From NCBI GenBank assembly GCA_050273025.1, contig CP158635.1, positions 32,798,001 to 32,862,000 on the forward strand: DNA of 64,000 bases. The letters run 5' to 3'. Below, piece by piece: positions 13,962 to 26,778 of this stretch (positions are counted from its first letter, which is position 1; each line of letters opens with the position of its first letter). A program made the translations under genes and the position numbers. The notes below the pieces were generated by a model. It was not told the origin of the DNA. It worked only from the letters and a program-made list of their open reading frames with translations, and searched no databases. This DNA comes from Cenococcum geophilum (taxonomy: Eukaryota).

Positions 13962-16900
13962 ATGCCACTAAAAGCAGCCACTATAACGCCATCGACGGCG
14001 GCAACTACTTTAAGGTTAGGGGGTGACACTAATATAGCGGACACTGACTTGCAACAACCTATAACGGTAAGACAATTACAAGAAATAGTTGACCAGTTAA
14101 TAGAGAATAATGCAGCACTCGAAAATAGGATTAACGGGATAGGTGCAGCAAAGGTTAAGTTATTATTAATTAAAAGATTCTTAGGAGAGAGATCGAAGCT
14201 TAAAGGATTCCTTACGTAAATGTACTTTAAGGTTGCATAAGAGGGAGTAAAGCTGGCGACACCTATGGATTAAATAGCGTACGCAGGGCTATTTTTAACA
14301 GGAAGAGCATTTAAATAGTTTGAGCCTTACCTTATAGAGATATAAGCAAACGGAATAACAACTACGAACTAAGAGGTATAGTTTATGTTTTTAAGCTGGA
14401 ACGGATTTGTGGAATAACTTATATAAATGTTTGGAGACCTAGAGGCAGTAACCACGACGGAAAGAAAACTCTAAGATATTACGTAACGAACTTTAGTAAT
14501 TAAGTATATAGCGCAGTTTTAAATATTAGTAATATAAGTTAAGTGGAATAATAGGGCGCTTATGGCATAGTATAAACAGGGACTTAAGGCTAAAGTTTAG
14601 GATATAATTATTCTAATAGAAGATGCGGATACCCTAAGGGAACTAATAGATTAAGCGATTAAGATTAATAATTAGATCTACTAAAGAGAATAGACTAAGA
14701 GAGGTTAGGATAGAGTTCTATAGTTGTATAAGACGTAGAGTACGCAATAACTAAAGCTAAGTTAAAAACTATAGTATAGCGCAGAGCTAATGGACCTAAG
14801 TGGTACTAAAGAAGCCTATAAGAGATAGAGTAAGAAACTATAGAAACCTAGAGGTTAAGGATCTAGTAATTATAGGACTAAGGAGTATAGGCTAAACCAG
14901 GGATTTTAGTAGCAGAAGACGTTTAGGCGGACTCTATAGTAAAGTTAATGGTTTAGAGACGGAGCTTATATAAATTACGGAAAATAGAGTTATTTCGCCA
15001 GGGATTATAAAGATAGTTAGAGTTACTATATAATAAAGGGAACTAGACTAGCGGTAGAAGGCATATATATATAAAGGGATAATAGTACACTGCGAGAAAT
15101 AAAAGAGTGTTTAATTAGAAGTTTCGCGTTTTGTTATAATAACGCATGCTAAATTTATAAAGACGCTAAGTATAGCGCAAGCTATTGGCCATAAGAGCTA
15201 GAGTTAAGAGGACTTAAGGGAACTATAGAGTTAGATAAAGAGTAAAATCGACTCTATAAGCTAGATTAAGATATTACAGTAACATGCGGATAAAGATTAG
15301 TAATAATAACAATGGAGTTAGAGTACTTATTAATTAATAGCGATAAGGACAGTAAAGGAACTAACTAGGGGTATCTAAACCTTAATGACGTAATAGAAGT
15401 AGAGACTAAGACCGCTATAGAGTAAGGTTTAGTAACGGGCATTATAACACCGTTAGATACGGTATCTATTACTTTATAAGATGGAAGGAGTAATATCTAA
15501 AAGCGATTAAGTAAGTAGACGACTACTAGTGCTAGCTTATCACTTAATAAAGGTAAAAGACTAAAGGCTTAAGATTTTTAAGATGAGATAAGAGACGACT
15601 AAGACTTTTAAAGTAAAATGAGGCACACCTAAGGACCTATAACGGACGAAAACCAATAGAGTAGGGTAGTAGCTTAGTTTAAAGACATACAAATAAGCTC
15701 GGGATAAGAATTCCCAACGGTACAAGATTCTTAAGATGAGATAAGTAAGATTTAAGACTCTTAAGATGAGATAATAACACTATAGACGCCTAGTTAGACT
15801 AAGGCGGGAGCTAAGCTTAAGTTAGAAGTAAGCTTAGGATTAAAGAATTTAAGGGACTAAGAATTTGGAGCACGAATTAGGGCACCTATAAGAAAGAGGC
15901 AAGAGGCTTCTTTATAGATTAGAGAATCTATAATATAAATAGCAGTTAGATTAGGAGATAAATATATAGACTTAGAGGACTTACTAGGGGAATATAGTGT
16001 TCGGCCTAAAGATCGAAAGTTTAATACTAAGATTAAGAAGTAAGAAGACTTTAAGGATCTACTTATAAGACGCGATATAAAGGAAACTATAGAGGAATTT
16101 AGAGTAAGAATTACCTTATAGTAAGAATAGAAACTAGATAAGAGATTTAGTATATTAGGACGTATAAGGGACAGAGCGCTAGTATAAAGAATTACTAATA
16201 GGCTAAGAGCAGGTATACTAAGAGTTAAGTGACTTACTAAACTGGAATAAGAAGAGGATTTAGGGATTCCTACTAGGTTTAAGGAACGACATACTAAAGG
16301 CTGTTACGATGTAGTAATAAAGAAATATTTCCTTATAAATAAGCTATATACGCTTAAGCAGCTATATTAAAGGTAGTATAGGCAATAATATAATAATGAG
16401 TGGGAAGATTTCTATATATAGCTAGACGAAAAAGTTATCTAAGACTACCCGATTATAGAAAAGGCTATAACTTATATTAAGGGAGCCTTAATTATAACGT
16501 TAAAAGATCTAGAGGAGTAATTAAAGGACTGGAGAAGTAAAAGACGAATCTTAGTACCTGTAAATAAGGTTATAACGCTTAGATTAACATAAGATAGGTT
16601 TAAACTTAAGGATAAAGACAAGCCGAGAGTTAACCTAAGATATTAAGTATATTACACACTATCGTAGATAGTATGCGTGGATAATGCGTGTAATATATAT
16701 AGAGTACTAAAGGATAAAAACCGGAAGTATCTAATAAGGATGTATTAGATAACGGATAAGGCAAAATATTAAAACGCTAAGTATATATATAGTTGGTACC
16801 TAGTAGAAGTTTAAGAATAAGGGGACTTAACACTTTAACCAGGAAGATTCCTTACGGAAGAATGCCTAGAGGGATGATAGTGGTGGGAATGTCTAGAGAA

Positions 16901-17030
16901 TACCTGTCTATAGTATATTAAAGATAAAAAGCGAACTAAGTATTGGCCTAAGTTAGACTAAGTATAAATAGGATCTAGTAGCTAATAGTTGGGAAAAGTA
17001 GAGGCCTATAGGACTAGAGGGAGCCAGTAG
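13962..17030 (+). pseudogene. gag: B1 gag (unusually long, ~1000 codons) with zinc knuckle and three extra Cys/His motifs
   Basis: ATG at 13962 (ORF track MPLKAAT...), capsid-like RF.GERSKLKGFLTQ, knuckle C.NCGK..HFARDC at ~14970. End is approximate. Confidence 0.85.
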
Positions 17031-20000
17031 TAGAGCCTTAGACCCTTAAAGGAATTTAAGGACAACACCTAAATTTATAAGTTAAATGGCAAGATTAATA
17101 GTTTAAGGTATTAATAGATAGTGGAGTAATAAGGAACTATATCTCGCTAGCAGTAGTTAAAAGAATAGGGTTACTACACAAATAGAAGGAATATCTTTAC
17201 CTATTAGTAACGATTTTAGGAGATCTAATAGCCTATAGAGGAGGCATTATTAATCTTAAAACAGGACCTATTTAGTTAACCATTAAGGGAAGACAAGTCA
17301 AGATGTCTTTCAATATATTACTATTAGGAAATAATAAGGTAGTACTAGAAATGCCTTAGTTATAGGAATATAATCTAAAGATTAATTAGATTATAGGTTA
17401 GGTTAATATTAGAGATACTTAACGCCGTAAGATACAATAATAAACTAAGTTGGTATAGTACTAAGTAGGAGCGACCTACAAGAAAATAGAAAAAGGATTA
17501 AGTTATGTACTAAAAAGATACTATAAGTATAGCAAGAAACTATAGTTACTAAAAAGTGAGAAGCTGTTAGAGTATATAGTATAGGACTATAAAATAGAAT
17601 TAGAACTAGGAATAAGTCTAAGGTTCTTTCCAATTTATAAGCTTACTAAAGAAGAAGGTAGAGTACTAAAAGAGTTTATCTAAGAAAACTTACGAAAGGG
17701 ATATATTAGACTATTATAGTTATTAGCGGGTTATCTAGTGCTATTTATACTAAAGAAAAATAGCAAATTAAGGCTGTGTATTAACTATAGATAGTTAAAC
17801 AGCATTACTAGAAAGGATAGGTATCCTTTACCCTTAATTAGCAAAATCTAAGATAGGATAGGTAATACGCAAATCTTCACAAAGATAAATCTAAGATAGG
17901 CGTACTATTAGATTAGAATCAAGGAAGGCGACGAATAAAAGGTAGCCTTTAGGTTAAAAGAAGGACTATATAAACTATTAGTTATGCAATTTAGGCTTAT
18001 AAATATACTAGCAACGTTTTAAAAGCGTATTAATAATATATTAGGAGAATACTTAAATAAATTTGTTATGGTATATCTTAACAATATTATTATCTACTTA
18101 ATAACTAAGGAAGAATATAAGGAATACGTTAAATAGGTTTTAAAGAGACTATAAAAAGAATAAATGCTAGTAGCAATTAAGAAATGCAAGTTCTTTACTA
18201 GGAAGACCGATTTTATAGGATTTATTATTAAACTAGGCCAACTTAGTATAAATCTAAAAAAGATTAAGGCTATAATAAATTAGCAAGAACTAAAAAACGT
18301 TACGCAGTTAAGATTATTCCTAGGGTTTTACAATTACTATAGAAGGTTTATAGCGCAGTGGTTAAAAGACATTAAACCACTTATATGATTAATAAAGAAA
18401 GAAGAACTATAGGTATAGAAAGAAAAATAATAGGAACTCCTTAAGAAAATTAAAGAGTTGTTTACCTAAGAGCTAGTTCTTAAAATCTATTAACTAGGAC
18501 TAGAGACGGTTATAAAAATAGATATATTAGACTTTACACTAGGGGTATACTTTATATAAAAGCATCTAGATGGATAGCACCTAGTGGTATACTATAGTTG
18601 GAAAATAACACTACTAGAGTTAAACTATAACATCTATAATAAGGAGTTATTAGGTATAGTTATAGTACTAAAGAAATAGAGAGCATTCTTATAAGGTATA
18701 GAGAAACTATTTATAGTTAAAATAGACTATAAGAACCTAATAGGATTTTTAATAATAAAGGAACTTAACTAAAGATAGGTTAGATAGGCAGAAATGCTTA
18801 TAGAATACTATTTTAAGATTTAGTATACTAAGGGTACAAATAATACGCAAGCAAATGCGCTAAGTTAAAAAGCTAAACTATAGAACGATAAAAAGCCATT
18901 AGAGGCTTTACTGCGAAAGGATATAGATAGATTAATTAGATATAATTATCTAAAAATTATAATAACTTAAGAAAATAAACTAAAGGGAGTTTATAAGTTA
19001 CTAGAAAGCTTTTAGGTATAAAGAATTCTAGAAGTATAGCTAGAAGATCTACAGTCGGATATATATAAAAATTAAGAAGTAAAGTATATCCTAAGAAGTA
19101 TAGCAGAGTAGTTTATAGAGGACTTTTATAAGGGACTAACTTAAGGACACAATAGAGCTATAGGCTTAGTATTAAGACTTTAAGAGGTATACATTATTGA
19201 CGGAATCTAGAGGATAGCTAGGAAGGTTACTAAGGAGTATTTAGATTGCTAAAGGAATAAACTAACAAGGCATAAGCTATATAGAGGGCTATAACCTATT
19301 AAAATACCTAAGAGACTATAGGAGGTTATATTATGGGACTTTATTATTAAGTTACTAAAGTTAAAAAACCCTATTACCGGATAGGATTATAATATAATCT
19401 TAGTAATAATAGACAAGCTTACGAAGTGGGGATACTTTATAGCCTATATAGAAGAAATCTTAGCGGAGGATATTGCTAGAATCTATATTAAAAAAGTATT
19501 TATAAGATATGGAGTACTAAGTAAAATTATATCGGATAGAGATTTAAGATTTATAGCAGCATTTTAGGAGGTATTTTTGGCAGAATAAGGGGTTTAAGCA
19601 GCAACTTCTACCGCATATTATCCGTAGACAGACGGTTAAACGGAAAGATTAAATTAGATATTAGAGCAGTATCTAAGATACTATATTAATTACGTATAGA
19701 ATAATTAGGTATCGTTATTACTAGTTATATAGTTTATATATAATATAACACCTTAAAAAGGAATAGGTATATTACTATTTAAGGCGAATTATGGATATAA
19801 GCTAAGAACATTATTATCGCTACGTTAAGTAAAGAAGATAAGTAGTAAAGCTAAAGAAAGAATGGAGACTTTAATAAATCTTTATAAGAACCTTATAGAA
19901 ACAACTAAAATAGTACAGCAATAAATAAAAAGGTACTATAATACTAAGAGATTTAAGAGACTAGATCTTAAGGAGGGAGATAAAGTATAGCTACTACATA

Positions 20001-20404
20001 AAAATTTCAAGAGTTAACAACTAAATAAAAAGTTGGACTATATTAGACTAGGACCTTTTAAAATTACGTAGAAAATTTTACCGGTTATATTTAAGTTAAA
20101 CCTACTAGCTAAAATAAAGATCTACCCTATATAGCATATTGCGATGCTAGAGCTGGTATATAGGAATATTAAGCCACTAGTTTATAAGGTAGATATATAT
20201 AGAGGATAGGAAGAAGACAAATGGCAAGTTTTAAAGATCATTAATTATAAGGATATAGACGACAAAATATAGTACGAGGTTAAGTGGATAGGCTATAATA
20301 AGACTACCTAGGAGCTACTATAGAATTTAAAGAATGCTATAAGAAAGGTATAGGAGTATCGGAAGGAAATAAGTTAGGTAATATTAATAAGAAAGGATCG
20401 CTAA
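17000..20404 (+). pseudogene. pol: B1 pol (PR-RT-RNaseH-IN-chromodomain)
   Basis: ALIDSGA (~17110), KLRLCIDYRQLN (~17765), YLDDIII (~18073), RNase H ETDASD, integrase TAYHPQTDGQTER (~19610), chromodomain WYEVKW.GY..TTWEP (~20270). Confidence 0.92.
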
Positions 20405-21006
20405 AGAACGAGTTACCTAAGGGGGACCTAGGAAGAGCGACTGCTAAACTACTTAGAGTTGTTCCCTTTATAGGAAGAGAGTTAATCCTCTTATTACCAA
20501 GTTCCTGTAGACCTTGTTCTATAAGTTTTCACTCCTTAAAATAGACCTTCTCGCGCACCTTCTTAAGACGGATTAGTTAAGCGGACGCAGCCAGACGAGA
20601 ATTAAGGGCTTATTGTTAAGTATTAGCAGCCTCCTTTTTAGCGTCGCAAAAATAATAAAGCTCCGCTAGAGTAACTAAGAGCTTATTATCGAGCTTCGTA
20701 GTAGTAGATTAAACACGAGACCCTATAATAAATTACTTAGGGAACTTAAAGACTATTAAGAGTTATAGGACGCGTATACTTAACGTTAGAGATAGAGCAA
20801 ATATCGCAGGACGATTAAACGTTTACTTTGGTGCACTCTAAGTAAGAGGATAGCTATTAGGAGAAAGGACTCGCCAACGTAACATAAACTAATTCCTCTT
20901 TCGAATAACGAGAATACGGAGATAGTATAATCTCACTAAGAGATAATATTATAGCAACGGTACGAGACCGGCGAGCTGTAGAGGAAGAAGAGGTTACTTT
21001 AGGCAT
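20337..21006 (-). pseudogene. Antisense, intron-containing Cys-cluster/coiled-coil gene carried by B1
   Basis: ATG at 21006; de-RIPed MPKVTSSSSTARRSRTVA..LSLGEIMPSPCSRCSKEELVC.....SSCSECTKANVRSSCD; predicted intron 20723-20777 splits a TGG codon; then a helical ...ARLIRLEKVREKV...EQGLQEL segment. Confidence 0.75.
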
Positions 21007-21114
21007 AATAAGTAATAATATTAACTAAATTAATTAAACGGATATCACACCTTTAGTAAATAACTTGGAGATATTTAAGATCTTTAAGGACAAAGATAAA
21101 GAGGAGGGAGATAG

Positions 21115-21529
21115 TGTTACGGACGCTTTAAGTACAATGTTATAACTACTTAGAGAAGAGTTAGAAGAAGCTAGTTAGTTAATAAAAGCACGGTTTAAGA
21201 TAGATTTAGTAGAACTATATAATAAGGAATAGTAGTATAAGTTATATAATATAATCTATATAATCTATATAATCTATAATAGAGTAGATAGAGCGCACGT
21301 ACATTATATATAAGAAGGATTTCATAGGAGTACGGTTGTGTATTTAAGGACCCTTAGTCCCTACCTAGATAGTTCCTTCCTTATAGTGATTCTTAGAATA
21401 TAATTGGAGTTAATCTATTAGGCAACCACTCCACCAGTTATTATTCGTTATTAACTTTAACTTATAATATCTACACACCTAGCCTATTAATAGGACCTAC
21501 CGTAGTACTTACTACAAGGTTCCGTTACA
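21115..21529 (+). repeat. 3' LTR of B1
   Basis: Direct repeat of 13498-13921, more heavily RIPed. Confidence 0.95.
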
Positions 21530-21749
21530 ACATCCTTATTTTACGCGTAGTATCGCTATAGTATCTACGGCCTCCTTAATATACTCCTTATTATCTCCCA
21601 GCTTAATAACGTTCTTATTAAATATTAACTCTACTCCTAGCCCTCCTACTTTTAGGTAAGTAATTATTAGCCCTTTTCTTAGATTCCTTTTTAATAAAAA
21701 TACCAGTAGTTATAGGGGTAAGCCAACTGGCGTTCTAGCTACGAGAATG

Positions 21750-22700
21750 CTCTCGTTTATAGATAATAAAGGTAAGTTAACTAATATAGGTAATCCTTAT
21801 TAGGACGGACTTAGTATAATACTAATACCTCCTTCTTAAACAGGTGTTAATAGCTAAAAGGCTAAGGGATTTATTATATTAGAAGTATGCCGTAAATATA
21901 TTCGTAGTATAAAAGCTAAGCTTTCTCCTGCTTATTTAATTCTAATATTAGTAACCTCTAGTCCCACAGTAGCTAGTTTTCTATTTCTTAGTAGTAGGTC
22001 CTTATTTGGAACAAGGAAGCCAGTTAAGTATCTTCCTAAACTATACTTATTCACCACCTAGTCTAATATTGCCCTTTCTAATATCTTAAACGCGAGCGCA
22101 AAATCGGTTAGCTATAGTTAAGTAGTATTCTTAATACCGCGTCCTAGATGTTTAAGCCTATTAATTAAAGCTTTATTAACTCTTACTATAACTTTAGGAA
22201 GTAGGTAGATTGTAAGCTTTTAGATAGCGGAGAGGAAGTTATAAAAGACTGCGTATTTTAGCGGTCCGTTAAGAATATCTTATCCCTAGGCCTTTCGGAT
22301 AGTTTCTCTAGCTTTATTATATTGGTTTCTTTAATCTTTAGCCATTTTGCTAACGTTAGAGATATCCTTAAAGATTAATATAAATGCGTCCTTTCCTAAA
22401 GATACTTATAGTTTATTATCTTAGTTAATAAAATTAACTACTACACTAGCAGCATTTACGTAGTTTTCTTATAAGAGCAAAATCTTATTATAGATTTAGA
22501 TAAGCACTACTTAACGCTAATTAACCGCGAAGCCTCTAACTTCCGCTAGGACGTTACTAATTTGTTACTTAGCTCCTTTATAAAGGACCAGTGGTCTACT
22601 AGATAAAGATATAATAAGTATATTATTATTCTTAATTCTATTTAGTTTTTACTTTAGTTAATTATAATTATCTCTAAGGTTTATTAAGGGCGAAAAGGTA
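21750..22700 (-). pseudogene. Extra sense-orientation ORF of unknown function downstream of integrase in element C
   Basis: One minus frame broken only by RIP-type stops: ISDVLAEVRGFAVNQRQAVLIQIHDKILLLQENYVNAA...IRKAWGQDILDGPLK...HPGRGIKNTTQLQPTDF. Limits are approximate. Confidence 0.5.
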
Positions 22701-23039
22701 AAGTTCTAAATAGGGTTTTCTAATCTAAATGGTCCACTAAATCTAGGTAGCGGTATAGAGTTCTACCGGCTTTAATTGTTAAATAGACCAATTATAATTT
22801 TCTATGCCCGGTATAGAAAATTACTATTACCTTAGTAAAGGCGGTAAGCGGAACTAATATCTTTATAGTAAATAATACTAGATAGTTATACGTAAACATT
22901 CTTCTGCCTTTACTATACTGTTAACACACATTAGGTTCCTATAACTAAAAGGTAAGCGTAATAAAAAGAGCTTTAGAAAATATGGCAAATAAACGGATAA
23001 ACTATATAGCTGTTATCCATGTCCCCTCCCCTGCCTTAG

Positions 23040-24664
23040 AACTTAACTGTCTCTTAGTTAAACATTTTATACTTAGTTTTGTTAAACAATCTTTTTAGAA
23101 TATATACTTCTTAAGCTACGCGGCGTTGTAATACTGGTGGATTTTATATAATATCTTCTTTAGGTTCTAGCTCTGCTATTATTTCTTATAGTATAGTTCC
23201 GCCTAATTAGTTAGGCCTATCCTCCTAGTGGACTTTAAATATCTATTATTAATAAAACCTCTTTAATCTATTCCCTAGAGTTTAATTACGGAATAGCGTG
23301 CCGTTAAGGTCCTTAATTAAGTACTATCCTGTATAAGGGTAACTCTTATAAACACGGAACGGGCCCAGCTACTTTAGGTCTAATTTATAAATATTAAAAT
23401 AGTCTTACTTAAGCTATGTGTTATAAAGTATAACTATATCTCTAACCTTAAATACGTCCTGGTAAATATAGTAGGTATTATTAAAGTACTTCTTATTTAC
23501 TACCCTTAGTTATCTTATATATATAATAGCCTCTTTTATATCTACGTCTCTTTAATTAAACTACTTTATATAAAGTGCTAGTAGCTCTATAATAGTCCGG
23601 ACTATTTACTAAGGTAATATCTACTAAATAGGTATATAGAGTTTAATAGGAAGGATATACTTATATCCACATATAACTCTTACTGGTGTTATTCCTATAA
23701 GCCGCTTAATAGTTATCCTATCTACCTATAAAACGGTATAAAGATTATCTAGCTATAAGCCATCTATCTTTGCTAAAGCGTCTACTATAGGCTTATAACC
23801 TCGCTCTATAAAGCCTTACGCCTAAGCGTAATAAGTAAAAGCTATAACCCTTTTAATATTATAGAGCTCTGCAAGCGCAGCAGTAACGTTAGTATTCTCT
23901 CCTCTACTATCTACAGAGAGCTATTTAAATGCTCCCTATCGGCAAATAACATCTTTGTAGAAAAACTTTGCTATACTTTTTATATCCTTATTTTAAAGGG
24001 CGCGAGCTTCTACCTATCTAGATATATATTCTTAAGTAATAGCTAGGTACCGGAATTTAAGACGGCTTAGAGGTATAAACGTAATATCTACTACTACTTA
24101 TTGCTATAAGGTAGACTCCTATATAGGGTATATTACTTCCTCTTCCTATTCTAGCTATCGCTTCTAGTATTATAGATATGACTTAATATACTATAATATC
24201 TAATCCTATAGCCCTAGCCATTAATATTAATTTAAAACCCTCTAATACGTTTTCTTTTATCCGCGATATTTGCTTTAATTATAAAGGCTTTTAATAATCT
24301 CCTGCTAAGCGTCCTTATTATTAACTACCCTTTATATTGGTATATTTTTCAACTATTAGCAAAAGAGCTATTAATTATACACTAGGAACTTTAGCGCATA
24401 TTATTTAAACTTCTTAAACTCCTTAGTATTTATCTCTTCTAGATATTATAAGGTTACTAGCTACTTTATAATCTTCTAAGATTCCTCTAAATATAAGTCT
24501 TTTAATAGCAGACCTGCTTCCATTTTAAGAGGGGTAGCTATATATTTTAAAGTACTTGGTTTATAGTTAATAAACTCTTTAATATCCTTAGTCGGCTTAT
24601 TAGGTTATTTACTATTAGGTAGTTATTATAAAAGTCTATTAGCTAGGCTATTCTTCTTCCCTAG
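23040..24664 (-). pseudogene. pol: Gypsy integrase (and RNase H end) of element C
   Basis: Y.WPGL...YIKSC.QCQKR, LWQRVAVDITFMP, EYVSGWVEARAL, SAYHPQA.GFVERGHKPIVDALAKM, GPFRV; no chromodomain seen. Confidence 0.88.
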
Positions 24665-24890
24665 TATTATAGCACTGGCAGAAAGCGGCAGCTATAGTAG
24701 ACGTTATAGTAGACGTAGGGCTTACGTAACTCTTACGTGACTATGGGATTGTATATAACTCCTCGCGTTGCTACTTATCCTTTCCTTTTCTTTTCTTTAG
24801 CTTTAGATTCTCGTTTATAGACAATCCAATTATATAGGCTTGCGCGACCCTTTTGCTATACTTATATCTCGATTAACTAAGTCGCTAACA
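24665..24890 (+). repeat. 5' LTR of D
   Basis: tattatagcact...gtcgctaaca; the first ~75 bp recur at 31489. Confidence 0.9.
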
Positions 24891-25623
24891 TTATCTAAAG
24901 CTTAAACCACTCTTTCTTCCTAAGAAGGAACTTAAATATATCTATAAGACCACGAACAGGACCCTAAGGACATTATTAGGACCAAGGAAAGAACCTAAAA
25001 GGAAAAAACAGAACTTTAAGAAAAGGACCTATAAGACACGCATAGACTAGAACCCCTAAAGAAATTACCCAGAATTACCCAATACCCTAGCACTATACTA
25101 TAAAACATAGTAGTAGGTAAAGTAGCTGTAGGACCCACAAACACCTCAGATAAGGAGATAATTAATATCTTAACCCCCTAAGCGGAGCTCGCAGCAGCTA
25201 AAATTAAAATTAAACGGCTATAAGAACTGCTTAAAACTAGAGACACCCCTACATCTAATAATAACCCATTAGATAGACTTGCTATAGTCCTTAAGGCCCT
25301 AGCCTAATATATAGTATTAATATTATTGCGGTCCGTAAAGGTCGCGGATCCCCCGTTGCTTATAAACGGAGCTAACCCTATATTTAATAATTAGAAGCTT
25401 TAATTATAGGATAAGCTTAAAGTTAATACGGACTACTTCCCTACTACTTAAGCTAAAATGGCTTACGCCTTCGGCCGTACTGGTGGAGACACCTAGACGC
25501 ATATACGTCCGTAATATACTACAGACTTAGCAGACCCTTTCATCTTAAAAAAAGAAATAATTAACTACCTATCTTCTATTTATAAGGACCCTTTTAGGGT
25601 ATAGAACGCCTGCCTTAATTATA

Positions 25624-26778
25624 TATAAGATTCAATTTACCGTCCGACCTGGTCCCCCTAATGCGGACACGCAGACTAATGCTTATGGGAAAAACCTCCT
25701 TATTTACAGAGAAAAAGCCCATTTTTGGGTGAACAAAAAACCCCCAGGGGAGACGTGAGAGGTAATACTCCAGATAGCATCCGTACTATATTAACGGGAG
25801 GAAAAACACCATTAGGTTACTGCTTTGAGACTCCCTTTGTATAGGAGTGTCTAAAATGCCTGTCTTGCCCCATCTACTATTTAAACCATCTTTGCCACGT
25901 CTGTATGCTGCTTGTCTATTTAAGTTATATATTTATCCCTAGCTCCTTTTCCAAGTCTCCTGTAAATATCTCCTAATAATGATAATATTTGCGTTCCGCC
26001 CGGGCCTGTATGCTAAGGTCTCTTATCTATTCCTCTATTAGAGGGTTTCTATAATAGGGTGTATATGACTTAGTATTGCTTTTGCCCTAGGGCCTAAACC
26101 TAGGCCCTTGCACCCATATATTAGGTATAGGAGGATAATCTAGTATTTAATAGGGGGCCTAGTCCCTATAACTAGATACCTAGGTTACCGGATAATATTG
26201 AAATAGGGGGCCTTTGCTACGCTTAGGGCGCGGATTGCAAGTATGTGTAGATGCTGTGCGGTGTATATAGTATTTATAGGAGGGAGGGGGTACGCTAAAG
26301 GAATGATACTTGTTGATTTGATGTCCAAATATGTACGTTAGAGACGTAGTAGTAGTGTTTAAACTTTTGCTGAGGCTTACCCCTTAGTGAAAAATCTTTG
26401 TACTACTACTATGTCGCTGCGCAGGCGCTGCGCAGCCGTATATACGTCTCTGCGTTTGCTCTAGTAGTCTATTAACACGATCTAAATGGAATATTAATAG
26501 TAGCTGCTAGGTTCCCGGGCTCCACCGCATGGGGGTACAGAGGTTGCTTTTATGGAGTCGTCTTTTTGACTGGTCTTGGCGCCAAGGCCTGTGAAAACTC
26601 TGCTGTTTTGACGGCGTCAAGGGTTGAGTATTCGAAGGCCCCCTCTAGCCACAACGTAACGCTGCTGCATTAGTAACAGACGAGATCCTCACTCTTAGCT
26701 TGACCATGCGGACAAGATGAGACGGAAAGGACCCCCCATAGGACCGTATGGGTCAGATCTCGATTTTGGTGTTCCTTT
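25624..26778 (-). mobile_element. Non-autonomous non-LTR retroposon (SINE/SIDE-like), copy 1, inserted in gag of D
   Basis: 14-bp TSD ctgccttaattata (25610-25623, 26779-26792); removal restores the gag frame; 3' region similar to 32694-32830; no RT ORF. Confidence 0.85.
26448..26560 (-). ncRNA. HDV-like ribozyme fold (copy 1)
   Basis: Minus strand: P1 cgactcc/ggagccc (imperfect), P2 ctctgt/gcagag, P3 acc/ggt, L3 cccatgc with GG for P1.1, long P4 hairpin ctagcag..ctattaata/tgttaatag..ctactag, J4/2 gcaaac. Confidence 0.7.

Larger units (their letters stand above)
13498..21529 (+). mobile_element. Full-length Ty3/Gypsy chromovirus B1 (~8.0 kb, RIP-inactivated)
   Basis: LTRs at 13498-13921 and 21115-21529 (tgttacgg...ccgttaca), TSD ATATC/ACATC (one transition), PPT gaggagggagatag before the 3' LTR. 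Confidence 0.96.
11942..24664 (-). mobile_element. Gypsy element C (3' part: integrase, long 3' region, 3' LTR), interrupted by B1 and cut at its 5' side by D
   Basis: Integrase on the minus strand at ~23040-24664; the B1 TSD shows 12132-13497 and 21530-24664 were contiguous. Confidence 0.75.

Noticed and set aside
26590..26660. tRNA-type A/B box promoter in retroposon 1
   Set aside because: Only loose matches (tggctagaggg, cttcgaatac) with wrong spacing, and absent from copy 2.
26670..26770. Possible hammerhead or second HDV ribozyme in the leader of retroposon 1
   Set aside because: A hairpin (cgagatc/gatctcg, tgacc/ggtca) and gctaa are present, but there is no CUGANGA+GAAA core and no P1/P2/P3 partners.
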